Assembly (NCBI GenBank): GCA_001179505.1
Contig: CDMY01000040.1
Location: forward strand, 141,155-205,154
Direction: 5' to 3'
Length of the DNA: 64,000 nucleotides
From: Vitrella brassicaformis CCMP3155
Lineage: Eukaryota > Protista > Chromerida
Shown: in pieces, positions 1-12,400 of the stretch
Numbering within the stretch: the stretch's first letter is position 1
Layout of the letters: each line of letters starts with the position of its first letter
Position numbers and translations under genes: made by a program
The notes under the pieces: generated by a model
What the model was told of the DNA's origin: nothing
Databases searched by the model: none
Seen by the model: the letters and a program-made list of their open reading frames with translations, nothing else

Positions 1-2147
1 CGCCGCCTCTCGTGCTGCTGATATGCCGTCATCTGAACACACAGGCAGACACAAAAGCATATCTGAACTCGTGTGTGAACGTCCGTGATGGACTTGTACG
101 TGCTCGAATGCATAGGACGTGTCGCGTAGCCCGCTCTCCCACACGCCCTTCGGACCCCGAAGAATAAGGACAATGATTGCAGCTGGGCACAGGTCTATTC
201 CGTCACCTTGTTGGTGCCCTTGTATTCATCCCCTTGCGACAAATACATACTCTTTCTCTCTGCATATCAGACAGCAATCTGCATCCTTGGACCAATCCCT
301 GCGCAAATGTCTCACCGATCAGCCGAGGCGCGACCCCTTGACCCAATTCAGCACCAAACTGACACGAGAGACACACACCCGTCACGGCGACATATTCATG
401 TCCTGTGTGGCCGCCTGTACCCGCTCTGCAGGCAGCCTCACACTCAAGCGGTCCCACTGCACCCAAACAGGAGTACACACGGCCTCTCACAATGGTGCCA
501 ACCACAATGTGATGACGTGTCTCTCGTGTAAGTATTCCTGAAGGTTGATTCTGTCGCCGGCTCCGACGGGCATCGTCAGCATGTGCGCGGGCAGGGCGGG
601 TGGCGTGCTGCTCCGCTTCCCGGCCAGACGTAACGGCCCCGACAGTGCAAGCGAGGGGCGAGACGCCCTCTTGCCAATGCCAGCCGCCGTGTGGAATGGG
701 AGCCTGGATGTGAGACATAGTTGGAACCGTGTGGCTGGCTTTCAATGTGCTTCAGCCTCACCCAACAAGAGAGGATGAGCAGTAGGCCTCGGTTGGCGGG
801 ATGCGCACAGTCGCAGAGACAAAACCTACCGTCTGGCGTGTGGCGGCGTGTAAGATGGCCCATCTCCCTCTCATGCGGCACGACGAGCTGTCCATATCCC
901 TGCACATTCACGGGAATGTGAGAGCGGAGAGCCCGTAATATCTTTTTGTCTGGACGATGAGGTCTTGAGTACGTCAAAACAGTGCTCACTTGAGAGATAT
1001 GTGTGCCTCGCCGTAGAGGTACACGCTTGGCATGTTGGGCGCCTGTGCCTGGCCGGGGAAGAAGTGCCCGTACACAGATACCACCAACATCTTCACACAC
1101 AACACGCAAAGACGATCCATCCATTCGCACTTGTGTTGTCTTCTTGCATGTAGCGCATTGATGTAGCGTCGCGTTTCACCGTGGTGGATTCCTGCTTATG
1201 CAAGGTGATCTGGTGCTGGTACAGGGAGCAGGTGCTCTGCAAAGGACAGCACGCCTCATCGGACCACGCCCAAGGACGAATTGGTTTGCTGATCGAACCT
1301 CTGCATTGACTAGCGGCGTCTGGGTTCCAGCAACCTCTACGCACAGAACAGGCAGCTCACAGCACCAGAAAGAGCACAATGTAGGCTGCCCTGCCGGCCT
1401 GGCTGCCTCCCTGTGTGTGTGCGGGTCACCTTCTGTGTTAGGAAATTGTGCATTGCAGCTGTACATGCAGAAACCGTGGTCCCCCAAGTGTGATCCCCGC
1501 ATCCCCTCCAGCCTCTCCAGTGTCAGCCACACCACCGCTGGACACCCACCCTCAGTGGCCGTCTTGTCTGTCCCCCCTTGGCTGTGGTGCGATGTCTCCA
1601 CCATCGCATGAGCACTAGAACTCCCTTTGCGCCTCTTGCCCTTCTTCACTTTTGCACCTCGCAACGCCGCCCCCTTTGTCTGTGTGGGCAGGGAAGCCGA
1701 GGCGTTGTCGTGATATGGCTGTGCAATGAAGGGAGGAGCCATGGGGTATGCGGGCCAGGCGAGTGGGACAGTGGCCGGGGTGAAAGGCGGCACTGCCCTG
1801 AGAGAGAAAGATAGAGCGAGACATGTGAGTCAAACGTTCGTGCGATGCTCGCAATCCGTGGACCGCAGTGGAGGTGAAGGCGGCTTGACGAAGGGCGTGA
1901 AGGGGGGAGACGGGTATGCGGCTGGCAAATGGGGAGACGGCGGGACCCGATGCCATTGGGGAACATCTGATGCAGACAAACAAGCAATATCTCACTGCAA
2001 AAGAGGCTGGGCGCGCGTCCCTCTGCACTGCCACACCTTACGACCAGTACTGACGTCGCAATCTGCGATGCGCTTTGCCACTGTAGGAGTCTGTTGCGAG
2101 CTGAAGCCTGCAAGATGCGAGAGCTCGCCACAGTCTTGAAAATCCAT
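1..2147 (-). CDS. Hypothetical Pro-rich multi-exon protein; 3' end runs off the window
   Basis: ATG at 2147 (MDFQDCGELSHLAGFSSQQTPTVAKRIADCDVSTGRK) is followed by a GT donor. Later minus-strand exon-like blocks (VPQWHRVPPSPHLPAAYPSPPFTPFVKPP; PPFTPATVPLAWPAYPMAPPF...GAKVKKGKRRK) are bounded by AG/GT. No domain recognised. Confidence 0.35.
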
Positions 2148-2281
2148 GGTTGTTGCCCCCTTGGTCATCGCAGTTGTTCTTCTGCCCACAAGTAAGTGGA
2201 TGGGGTATGGCTGGGGCCAATGATAGCGAGGTGCACACTGACAGTCGTGAAATATGTTGCTGCCACTAGTGCTTCTCTACC

Positions 2282-4351
2282 ATGCGCGAGGAAATGAAAA
2301 GCTGGTGCGAGGGGAACGGTGGGATGCTAGTCCCGGGGTCCTGCGCGGAGAAGAAAGAGACGACAGAGGTGGGTGACCTGCACAGATAATCAGAGGAGAC
2401 ACAAGCATACATGCATCCACGGCCTGCTCCTGTCTGCCGTTGAGGTGAAACAAGAAGCAGGGTGGCGGGCGGACTCCGGTTTCTCTTATGCAGGGCGGCG
2501 GGCGACAGGAGCTGCGTGACATCTATGAGCAGCTGCGGTGGGTAAAGGCACAGCTGCCGACGCTCGAGGCGCTGGTGAGTGAGTGAGTGAGGGATACGGG
2601 TGAATGGATGGATGGATGGATGGGTGGGTGGGTGCGTGTGCAGCTGACGGGGCACGTCAACCGACTGGACCAAATCGTCAATTTCCTGCGCTCCATCTGG
2701 GTGTTTCCTGAGAATGCACTCACCGCACAACCATCCGCAGACAAACATCACAATGTGTGTTTGTCAGGAGCCTGAGCCCCCCCGCTTCCCCATGTGCGGA
2801 GTGTGGCTGGGGGCGTGACGCCGCCGCGTGTGAGGCAGGGGGAGCTGGAGGCACGTGTAGATTGGACATATATTAGGGAGGCACATACGTTTCAGGATGG
2901 CACAATGAACGTGCCTCGTTTTTGCTGTCTTGTGCAGGAGCAGCCATCTGCTGCAGCCGAGGGTGCACGACAGGAGGCAGGTGGAGAGACACAGCGCAAG
3001 GATGAGACAATACCTGGTAACGCGCAAAAGACAAATGCTGTGGAGTCGTTCGGATGCGTATGCAGAGGCCGAGCTGCCGAGTGACGAGGTGGGTCGACCG
3101 AGTACGACAGCGAGGAACGAGCCGGATGGCATGACTGATCGACACAGACACCAATTGCCCATGAAGGCTAAGCAGACGATGCTTCTCCTTGCACTCAGGC
3201 CGAAGCGCTCAGCGAATCTGCCGTGAGGGCGCCCAAGAAGGCGATGCGCGGAGCCATGACGAGCGTGCTCTTCGTCCTGAAAAGCGAAGACATGGGCCGG
3301 AGGAAATACATGGAGGACAGGCACAAGGTGGTCGACAGCTTCACTGGCGGTGGGAGACACACAGCTTCGCATAGACATCCATGATGTCTCTCTCTCTGTG
3401 TGTGCTGTTCAGTCTATGACGGTCATGGCGGCGAGAAGGTTGCCGACTATGTGAAAGAGAAGCTGCACGAGACACTGGCGGAGAAGCTGCAGCAGTCGAA
3501 CTCCGATGTGAAGGAGAGCTTGCGCCAAACATTCCTCGAGGTGGAAGTAAAGCTCCACGACGTCGACATGAAAAGCGGCACCACAGCCACCGTGTGCGTC
3601 GTCCATCCGAAGACACAGAAGGAGGAGAAAGACCAAACCCTCACGTGTGCCAACGTCGGTGACAGCCGTGGCGTGCTCGTCAGTGGAGATGGCCAGACGC
3701 AACGAGTCACCACAGAGCACAAGGCAGGTGAGGAGGCGGAGCGCGCCAGGATCAAGGAAGCAGGAGGAGTGGTCTGGTTTTTGGGTACCTGGCGAGTGGG
3801 CGGAGAGCTCGGTAAGCAGGATGGGCCCCCAGCCAGACACACTCCAGACGGGATCCATCTTATCACCTTCCCTGCTTTCCGTCCTCTCAAGCCGTGAGCC
3901 GCGCTCTGGGTGACCTGAACTTCAAGGAGAGAAAAGCCGGCAGGGGCTGCACGGCGGAGCCGTCTATCTTTGAGAGGACCTGAAGAACGCCCAGTACGTG
4001 ATCTTGGCTTCAGATGGGTGTGCATTCGCGCATACCCAAAGATGTAATGCGCCTCTATCTTTCTCTCTTGTCTCTTGCAGACTGTGGGACAAGGTGGACG
4101 ACAAGGAGGCGGCTGAGGTCGCTCGAAGATGCGAAGGTGGGACGGCGGCCAAGGCTCTGGTGGGCAGGTCTCTCTCTTTGCTGCGACATTTATTGTGGGT
4201 TGTGGAAGGAAGAGACAACAAGACTATACTAGGTGGTATTTGCATAGGAAGTAGGGCTGTTGGCGATTTTGGTGGGGCATGTCTTGTACTGTACACAATC
4301 GATACTGGACACACTCTTCATGGGATGCATTGCGATCATCCATCAGTGTAG
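2282..4351 (+). CDS. PP2C/PPM-family Ser/Thr protein phosphatase (multi-exon; 5' and 3' ends uncertain; one apparent frameshift)
   Basis: Spliced motifs in canonical order: GRRKYMEDRH, FTG|VYDGHGG (intron 3350-3412), SGTTATV, CANVGDSRGVL, TTEHKAGEEAERARIKEAGG, GEL|AVSRALGDLNFK (intron ends 3891), AEPSIF..., VILASDG|LWD. Confidence 0.88.
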
Positions 4352-4453
4352 GCAGTCACTCGACGCACATGTACGCGTGAAACAGAGTCATGCCATCAGT
4401 AGTCGCTCAACTTCTACACGACAACACCCACGTGTCTTCCAGCCACTGCTGCG

Positions 4454-5291
4454 TCACCTTCCCGCCCTGAAGGACGCGAGCAGCTTCTGTGGTAGTCCCT
4501 TTCTCTCCTTGGGCGTGTGCACCAACTCCCCGTCCTTGACCTGCGTCGTACAGCAAAAGGCACCAATACATGGCATGTGAAAGCACGTGTAAGTCCCGTC
4601 AGTGTGGAGATGGTTGTGCGGCACTGACCATTTGTTGTTTTGCGTGGTCCATGACCTCTGCCCGAGGTTGCGACACCTGCAGATGCGAGCCGACGACACT
4701 CCGTGCCTCCTGGAGGTACTTGGGGTGGTAGACCAAAAGCTCAGACTCGGGTTCTGTACATACGAGCGCAGATGTCCACAGAGACACACAGCCACCAGAT
4801 GTGAGCCCACAGAAGAGACATTACAGATGTGTGTTATCCCCTTCTTACCGAATTCATATCTGAGTCTAATAGCGCTGGTGATTGTGGGCATATATACACA
4901 TTGCTTCTTCTTGCTGAACTCCTTCTTGGCCGTCTCGGCAGATCTCACACGCGACACCAGGCTGTCGGACCGGGCTCGAATCTTGGCCATGATGTTGTAG
5001 ATGTTCTCCCATTGGACTGGATGGAGTGTGCCGATGACTCTCGGGATACTCACATAGAAGCTCCTGGATACAACAGACGGGTACCATGCTGCAAGTGTTT
5101 CGACATGACAAATCAGTACTCTTCCGTTTTTCTTTGGATGCCACAGATCCCGGTGAATTCGTAGCGGGTGGTGGAGCGGGTGGTGGAGGAAGACACACAC
5201 ACACGGGGGGTTGCTGGCCGGTCCCGCTCGACATAGTTTCACATCGGGTGCCTGACCAGGCACTAAAGAAGCGTTCACGCGACAACATCAT
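4454..5291 (-). CDS. Hypothetical multi-exon protein
   Basis: Exon-like blocks MMLSRERFFSAWSGTRCETMSSG, AAWYPSVVSRSFY, VIGTLHPVQWENIYNIMAKIRARSDSLVSRVRSAETAKKEFSKKKQ, EPESELLVYHPKYLQEARSVVGSHLQ and VKDGELVHTPKERKGLPQKLLASFRAGR* are separated by CA/GT-rich introns. Confidence 0.5.
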
Positions 5292-5337
5292 GGCACTCGT
5301 GGTCGTCTTTTAGTGCACATGCAAACAAACAACAGAA

Positions 5338-5368
<31 letters not shown>

Positions 5369-5369
5369 G
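5338..5369 (+). repeat. (ACAG)8 microsatellite, representative of many intronic and intergenic (GACA)n, (CA)n and (GGAT)n tracts
   Basis: Directly visible tandem tetranucleotide. Confidence 0.9.
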
Positions 5370-5510
5370 TGAGCGGCCGGCCTTTTTTGCAATCTTGACA
5401 GTCAGCTGACAAATGCGAGCACTCGTGGTCGAGAGAGACACAATCACGCAGAGACCTTCTTAGTCACGCGATCAATCAACAACCGACGGACGCAGTGGAA
5501 GATTCGCATT

Positions 5511-5702
5511 GTGCGTGCAGCAGATGACTTGAGCCAACTCCAAATGCACACGCATAGTCAGCTCACATGGGACATCCATTCATGCAAGGCGGTGGCCATC
5601 ATTGTCACCCGTGACATCGACGCTGATGAGGAGCTCCTCGTTGCCACGTATCACTGCGACAAGAACAAGGTCGTGACGACAGCCCGGGGGTATGAGCTGT
5701 AG
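5511..5702 (+). pseudogene. Isolated fragment resembling the C-terminal motif of a SET domain
   Basis: VAIIVTRDIDADEELLVATY resembles the SET consensus A-x-R-D-I-x-x-G-E-E-L-x-x-x-Y. The upstream NHS motif was not found. Confidence 0.25.
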
Positions 5703-6015
5703 GCCGGTGCAGCGCAGATGAGCTGCAGTGAGTGGATAGGATATCGATGGATTATGAGAGAGTAAGGCCTCGTCAGACCCGTAGGTGTCCACCGTTGGTC
5801 GTGTCTATAGAACGTGTATACATGTTGTGTGTGCGTGTGTACGTGTTGTACATGTTGAGCGTGCCTTCGTGTATCTGTAAGAGTATTTTGCATGAGCTGC
5901 CGCTGCCGACCACTCCCCCGCAGACACCCACACTGCACACAATGAAACACATACACATCATCTCACGAATGAATGGCTCTTCGCCGAGTGCCACCATACG
6001 TGGGGTGGTCAAAGG

Positions 6016-8655
6016 ATGACAAAGAGCACGCCAGCGGCAAAGAGGGGCAAATCAAAACAAATTGCCTCTGCCTGCACATGCCGTTGCCTTTTCTTCTCCA
6101 TGCTTTGGCAGGGGGACAACTTGAGCAGATTCTGCCGCTCAGAAAGGCCAGCTGAGGCATCCCACCAGCTCTTGACCTCATGGGCTGCTGGTGGTGACCA
6201 CTTCAGCCAGTTTCTCATCGGTTCAATCTTGCCGCGATCCATCTGCGAGCTAAGCTCGGGAGGGAAGGAGATGTTGACGGATTTGGTGGCAAAGATGGCG
6301 TCAGCCATCTGTTGGCCTCACCCTTGTGAGATCCTCGTGCAGTACTGCTCGCAAGAGCCCATTCTCCTGCAAACATTTGCCGAGTCGCACATCCGAGCGG
6401 TCTATGCGGTGCTCCAGGAGGCGTACCCGCAGCTACCGACCCGTACGCACAGGAACAACACCCATCCATTCGCTGGACGTGGCCCTGATGTGCTGCTTGC
6501 CTTCCGCTTGTGTGTCTGTGTGTGTCTGTATGTGTCTGCAGAGTCTAATGCAACGCTCCTACAGATGGCGCAGTCCATCAGCCAGTACTTCCGCTCTCAG
6601 CCACTGGTGGCCGGCTCCCACCTCCCACAGCCCTCCCCATCGCCACCTGCCCCTCCCCCGCAACACCCACGCCACTCGCAGTCGCCAGGCCATCACGGCA
6701 GGCCAATGCCGTCCGGCCACCACCCACCAGACATGACATCCGAGCAGCAGGACCTGGATCGTCTGAGCGACGAGTACTATCGTCAGCTGCTGGCCGGTGG
6801 CGAGTTCCCGAGGCGGCAGCAGCCCTTCGAAGAGCCGGTGCAGCACATGCAGACCTTCAAGGTCACCCTGCCGCGGCCTGAGGAAGTGCCCCAGGCCGCC
6901 CAGCACTTTCGTGTGTGTACGGTCCGCTGGTGGGTGGACGGGGCGCTGCTGAGCTATGTCAAGGGGAGCGGGCAGCAGAACAATCGTCCCTTTGACTTTT
7001 GTGTGCGGCTGGTGAACCAGCACGGCATCGACATCCCATGGCTACAGAGCAAGTGGTACCTCCAGCCGAGCGGCAAAGAGGGCGAGGTGACCAGTAAGCG
7101 AACGAATGAATGCGTGTGGGAAGACAGAGAGACCGGAAGGAAACGGAATAGCACATTGACTGACACCGCCGGCAGGGTGACTGTGTCTGTCTGTCTGTCT
7201 GGCCCATGTGCGTGCAGGTGGTGCCTTCCGGGACCGTGCACGTTGGTGCAAGGATGAGCACAGGCAGCTGTGCTCCTATGGCGAGTCGATACCTATCACC
7301 GACTCCCTGCAAGGCGACGGTATGTCACTCCGTCTGTCAGAATCACCCACTTGGTCTGTATAAGCGACACGCCTTCAAATTGCCTGTTGTTAAGTGCAGC
7401 GTTGAACGAGTTCACTCTCGTTGCGTCCAAGCAGTGCCTGGCATTCAAGACCACCTACCTGCCACAAGAGACCGGCAAGGTCACACGGAAACCACACCTG
7501 CCATCCGCATCTATTCTTCTTCTCTGTCTGTCTCTCTGTCTGCCTGCCTGTCTGTTTCCGTGGGCGTGATGTGTGCAGGTCGACGATTCCCGTGAGGCGT
7601 ACCTGGTGCTGCAGCTGGTGAGGTATCGGCATCTGCGGGAGCTCGAGGAGGAGGTGCTGAGCTCGCGCATCGAGCGCAGGCCCTTCGGCAACGGCAATGG
7701 TGTGGAGGAGGCCGACGGGGCGGGGCGTGTGGTGGTGTCACTCAAGGACGTCTTCTCGAGGACGGACCGAATCAAGATACCCGCAAAGGCGAGCCAACCA
7801 TACAGTGGATGGATGGATGGATGGCTGTGTATTCCATGCGTCGCGTGTGTGCATTGCAGGGGCGGCGTTGTCGTCACGAGCAGTGCTATGAGCTGTCCTG
7901 CTTCCTCTATCCCAGGGTAAGGCGTGAATGACAGACAGACGTGGGCAGGCACTCTGATATGTCTGCCTTACTGCCTGGTCGGTCCCAAACAGCGGCGGGC
8001 GTACATATGGCACTGTCCCATCTGCAAATCCCCACTCCCCTTCTCAGACCGTGAGTGAGCCGGATGGGCTAACGCCAGCCACTGCTGGTTGCTCCATGGG
8101 TAGGTACCTTTGGGATTGTGTGTGTCTGTGCTGATGGACGAATGAATGCAGTTATGGTCGACGAGGCGATGCATGACGTCCTCCTGCAGACCAGCCAAGA
8201 CACAGAGGAGGTACATGCCAGCCACAAACCTTAGCGTCCCCTTGATGTCTGCCCCCTCTCTGTCGTGTGTTCAGATATGCGTCAATCCCGATGGCAGCTG
8301 GGAGGCCATCAGAGCTCAGCCCACCACCAGTGGACGCCCCCCGTCCGTCAGCGGCGACGGGGGCACGCCAATTGCGGCCGCGGACCAACCGACGGTATCA
8401 GCTGCAGATGACATCAATACTGACGTGGGGCGGCCTCACAAAAGGCAGCGGGCTGACCGCCATACGACCATCGCTGTGCCGGACGGACCCACCGACGACG
8501 CTCTATTCGGTAGGCAGGCGGGCGGGCAAGCCACCCAAACATGGCCAAACACGCAGGGGCAGTTTTCTATATGTGGTGCGTTTGTGGGTGTCTGCTGGCA
8601 GCTCCCCCGCCCCCTCGCACCGTTGTCAAGATGGAAGACACCGGAGACTGACTGA
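6016..8655 (+). CDS. PIAS/SIZ: PIAS/Siz-type SUMO E3 ligase (MIZ/SP-RING zinc finger); start uncertain
   Basis: Spliced SP-RING reads VVVSLKDVFSRTDRIKIPAK|GRRCRHEQCYELSCFLYPR|RRAYIWHCPICKSPLPFSD|LMVDEAMHDVLLQTSQDTEE|ICVNPDGSWEAI. The CxH and CPxC zinc ligands and the downstream DGSW motif are present. Introns 7789-7859 (GC-AG) and 7917-7992. Confidence 0.87.
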
Positions 8656-9456
8656 CTGACTGACTGACTGAAGCAACCGACGAGCGAGGACCAGACAGAC
8701 AGAGGCGGCCAAACGGCGTCTCGTCTTGAGAGCTGGATGAGTATTTGTCTGCCTGTAGACAGACGATCTGTCAGTCTGTCAAGCGCTTCACGAGAGCGAG
8801 AGAAAGGCCAGGCGGGCACCTGCTTGTCTGATTATGGTTGTTGACTCGCTGTTTCCCAGTGCTCTGAGGAGAGCCATTCATGCTGCTTCGACGCAGCTTC
8901 GTTGCTTGTTTGCCTCGCTGCTTCTGTTGCAATTGGGCTCACTTGGCCCCACTCTGGCGGCCCCGATCTCGGCTCTTTATGGGTGTTTGACGGTGAAGTA
9001 TGGTTCACAGTGATCAGCGAGGCACGCTGGCCACATGCACATGAATCATTAACCAACTTGTGCAATTTACAGCGGCTAAGGGATTTCCCATTACGCTATG
9101 AGTTAACGTACATATGATTTCCGATTCCCACCCTGATGCACCAGGAATATCTACTGTTGAGGATAAAGCCAAATTGGGATCTCGTGTGTGTGTATGTCTT
9201 AGCAGCAATGGGGTCATTCAAACTTGACAATCAATGTGGGGGTCTGTGGGGGCGAAGAAATGAAGAGTGAGCCCTTCCCGACGCTGCGAGGCGCTGTGCG
9301 ACAAGGAAGCGCGAATCTCCCATCATGAACGACGTTCCCGCCAGCGGTGAGAGCGGCAACCCGCTCACCTTCGCGCCATGGTGAGGACACTGTCAGCAAC
9401 CATGTGGCACAAAATGTGTGTTTGATGCAGGCAGGAGGGACTCTACGGGGTTTTAT

Positions 9457-12400
9457 ATGTCATGGATTCTTCCACAAACGAAAAGCCAGAAGAAGCAATC
9501 ATCGTCGGGACAGGTTGGCAGTCCCCTTGTGCGCACCGCTCTTCTCGTCCTGTGTGTGCATGGCTGTAGGAATCCGCGTGCCTCCCCTGCAATACGTCAA
9601 TCTTGTCGTGGTGTTCGTGCTTGACCTTCTTCAGCTGGTGCCGCTGTTGCTGCCGCTGAATAAGGCTCTCGGGTGCGAAAAATGGGATATATACAGAGAT
9701 ACGGTCAGGCACAGAAACAGCTAGCGGTGGATTATCTCTGTATGTGTGTGGGGTTGCGTGTGTCGGTTCATGTCAGTGCATACTCCAGTTCTTCACCTCC
9801 CCTTTTGAGATTTTTGGAGGTCATGATGCAGGGGACGACGCGTACATGCAAAGACCAGACACTGCCTGTGTGTTGACCCCTTGCAGGACGAAACAAGATT
9901 CAGTACTTCAGCGTTCTCGGCTTTCTCTGTTTCGTCATTCTCCTTACGGCCGCGACGGTATGGCTGGTCGCGCAAACCTTCAAATCCAAGGAGGTGTGTC
10001 GTCCAGTCTGGCGCACAAAGACAACAGGGCAGGTGCCAACAAAATACTGGTGCTCCTCCTGCGTTCACGAGTAGGTGCATCTGATAACGCCAATCATTTT
10101 TCTGAGGGGATTTGTCCGGATGTGAGCAGCCGCCGCATCTCATCGACATGCGATTGCTCCCTTGTCAGTCGTCCCCCTTCTCCGCTATGTATGCAGCTTC
10201 GTGACGACCTTCTTCTCCTCATCTGTCGCCATTCTTATGTCTCTGTTTTCATGCTCGCTGATGAAAAACCGACTGAGAGACGGCGACTTTCAGTGTTGGG
10301 AGGCTTCCCATATCATCATGCTGTTCCCTTCCATCGCTGCCCTGTCCTTCCTGGTACGTGTCGCTGTTGTCATGGAATGTCAGCTGATCGATGAACGGCA
10401 CACACAATTGATGTTCTACTTCAGGTGCCTCTGGGGCTAGTCACCGCGCTGCTTTACAACAATTTCAAGCCTTTTTCACCAGATTTGTCAGTGCAAGCGC
10501 ACGGGCGAGCCGAATTTTGGTGCGCTTGCATTATCACACATAAATGTGCCTGCATCGGTGGGTGTCCGTGTGTCTGGCCTAGGTACACGGCGACGAAGAC
10601 ACTGATCAACCTGACCTTCATCACCTCCGTATCGAAACCTGCCTGGTCGATATATTGCGCGTCGATCAACCTTGTGGCGCTGGGCTACGTGGCAATCTTG
10701 TTCTTCGCGCAAGGTAAGTGAGCAGATGAGTGAGCGACCGTAGTGAAGGTCGCTTGCGAGACACCGCGACACACCGCCCCTCTCTCAATGGCTTATCGCT
10801 GCACAGCCCCATTCTACCACAACATTGCGAACAGGATGCGTGACGGCATTCTAGCAGTCCTTCTGACGATTGCTGTCTTTGCTTTGATACGAGAGATTCG
10901 TTTCGTCGACGTGAGCAGCCATAGCCAGTCTCCCAGGCTTTCTTCTGGTACACAGTCGGTCACTCCTATGTGTTGCCACCTGCGTGCAGGACTTGCTGGT
11001 GGTAGGTGTGTGCCTGTTCACGCTGCCGACTGGTGCACTGCTGGGGCTGGTGCGCAAGGACATTCTGCGACAGGAGATGGCCGCTGAGACACACTCCCTC
11101 ATGGCTGTGTTTAACGAGGACTACATCGAGGCATTAGCGGCACTGCTGGCTGAAGAGACGGGAGAAGGAGGAGCTTCTAGAGCAGACAAGTGCGCAACAT
11201 ACACCCAGATACTCTGAGACATACTTTATGTGGTGGTGCTGAGTGGCTGCAGGTGTTCCGACGAGCGAAGTGACAGCACTGAGAGCGTCGCCCAAGGCGA
11301 GGGCGGCCGGCCTGCCGGGGCCATCGTCCCAGTGCTTGCGGCCCTCGCACGGCCGCCTTCTAATCAGGCCATCGCCCTGGGCGGATCGGCTATCACGAGG
11401 CAGTTCTCACGATCCGCATCGGTAGCAAGCAAGACCGTCGGGAACAGACGTGTTGTTGGGGCGGCAGCTGAGAACCAAGAGCCCAAGAGCGGAGCAGAGC
11501 TCGTGCAGGAGCGGATGAGCTCATACTGGTGCACGTATGGGTGTGCCTGCAGCCAGATTGGTATGCTGATGTTGGTCAATGCAGATTGACGAGGCTGAGA
11601 GCCAGCATGATATGGGAGACGGATCTCGAGCTCGTCCTTCGGGTCTTTCGCGACGAATGGTTCGCCAAGACATACGTCGCGACAAATGAGAGAGATCAAT
11701 GACTGACAGACTTCTCGATTGATGATCATTAGGTTTCTGATCTCAAGCCGTTGGCCCGTGCGGTGATGATGGAGACAATGCTTGCGGTCCTGCAATCGAC
11801 TTCCTTCTCCGCATACACATACATGGTAAAGGAAAAAGGGCGGATCCCGATTCGTTCATCCGGGGCTCTCGTGTGTCATTCAGCGGCTGGCGCTCGTCAA
11901 CCGCTACTTCTTGTAAGCGAACCGACCAACGCAGTGCAGACCGTGTATGTCTCATTGTCGTGTACAGCGATGAGACATTTCTGTGCTACAAGTACATCAA
12001 ACTGTCGCACTCGCATGCATCGAAGTGGCACCTGGACACCAACTACATCCTATATCAACTCCAGAAAGACATTGAGACAGGTAAGGACACTACGGAGATC
12101 AAGTGCTTCTTTCAGGATATTGAGTTGCTGTCCAGCAAGGCAGATGGAGTACTTGGTAAGGACAGTCACACATGCACACATGTTCGCATTCCATGTGCTG
12201 CTTATCAGGGTGGTGGCAGCAAACGAACCAGCTTGATCGACATTATGGTCAGTCAAAGCGGGCACGAAGAGAACTCGATTGGATCGACTTCTGTGTGTAT
12301 TCAGACGTACCAGAAGGTGGGGAGAGAATGAGTCAACATGGACGAGAACAAATAACAGGAGAGGGATAAAAAAGTAAATGCAGAACATTTTCTTCTCTTC

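Noticed and set aside
4246-4269. GSRAVGDF as a second PP2C SRAxGD motif
   Set aside because: It is short, lacks supporting neighbouring motifs, and is probably intronic or coincidental.
6016-7257. 413-aa ORF as a single exon
   Set aside because: It reads through TG-rich intron sequence (for example CVCVCLYV). It is part of the spliced PIAS/Siz gene.
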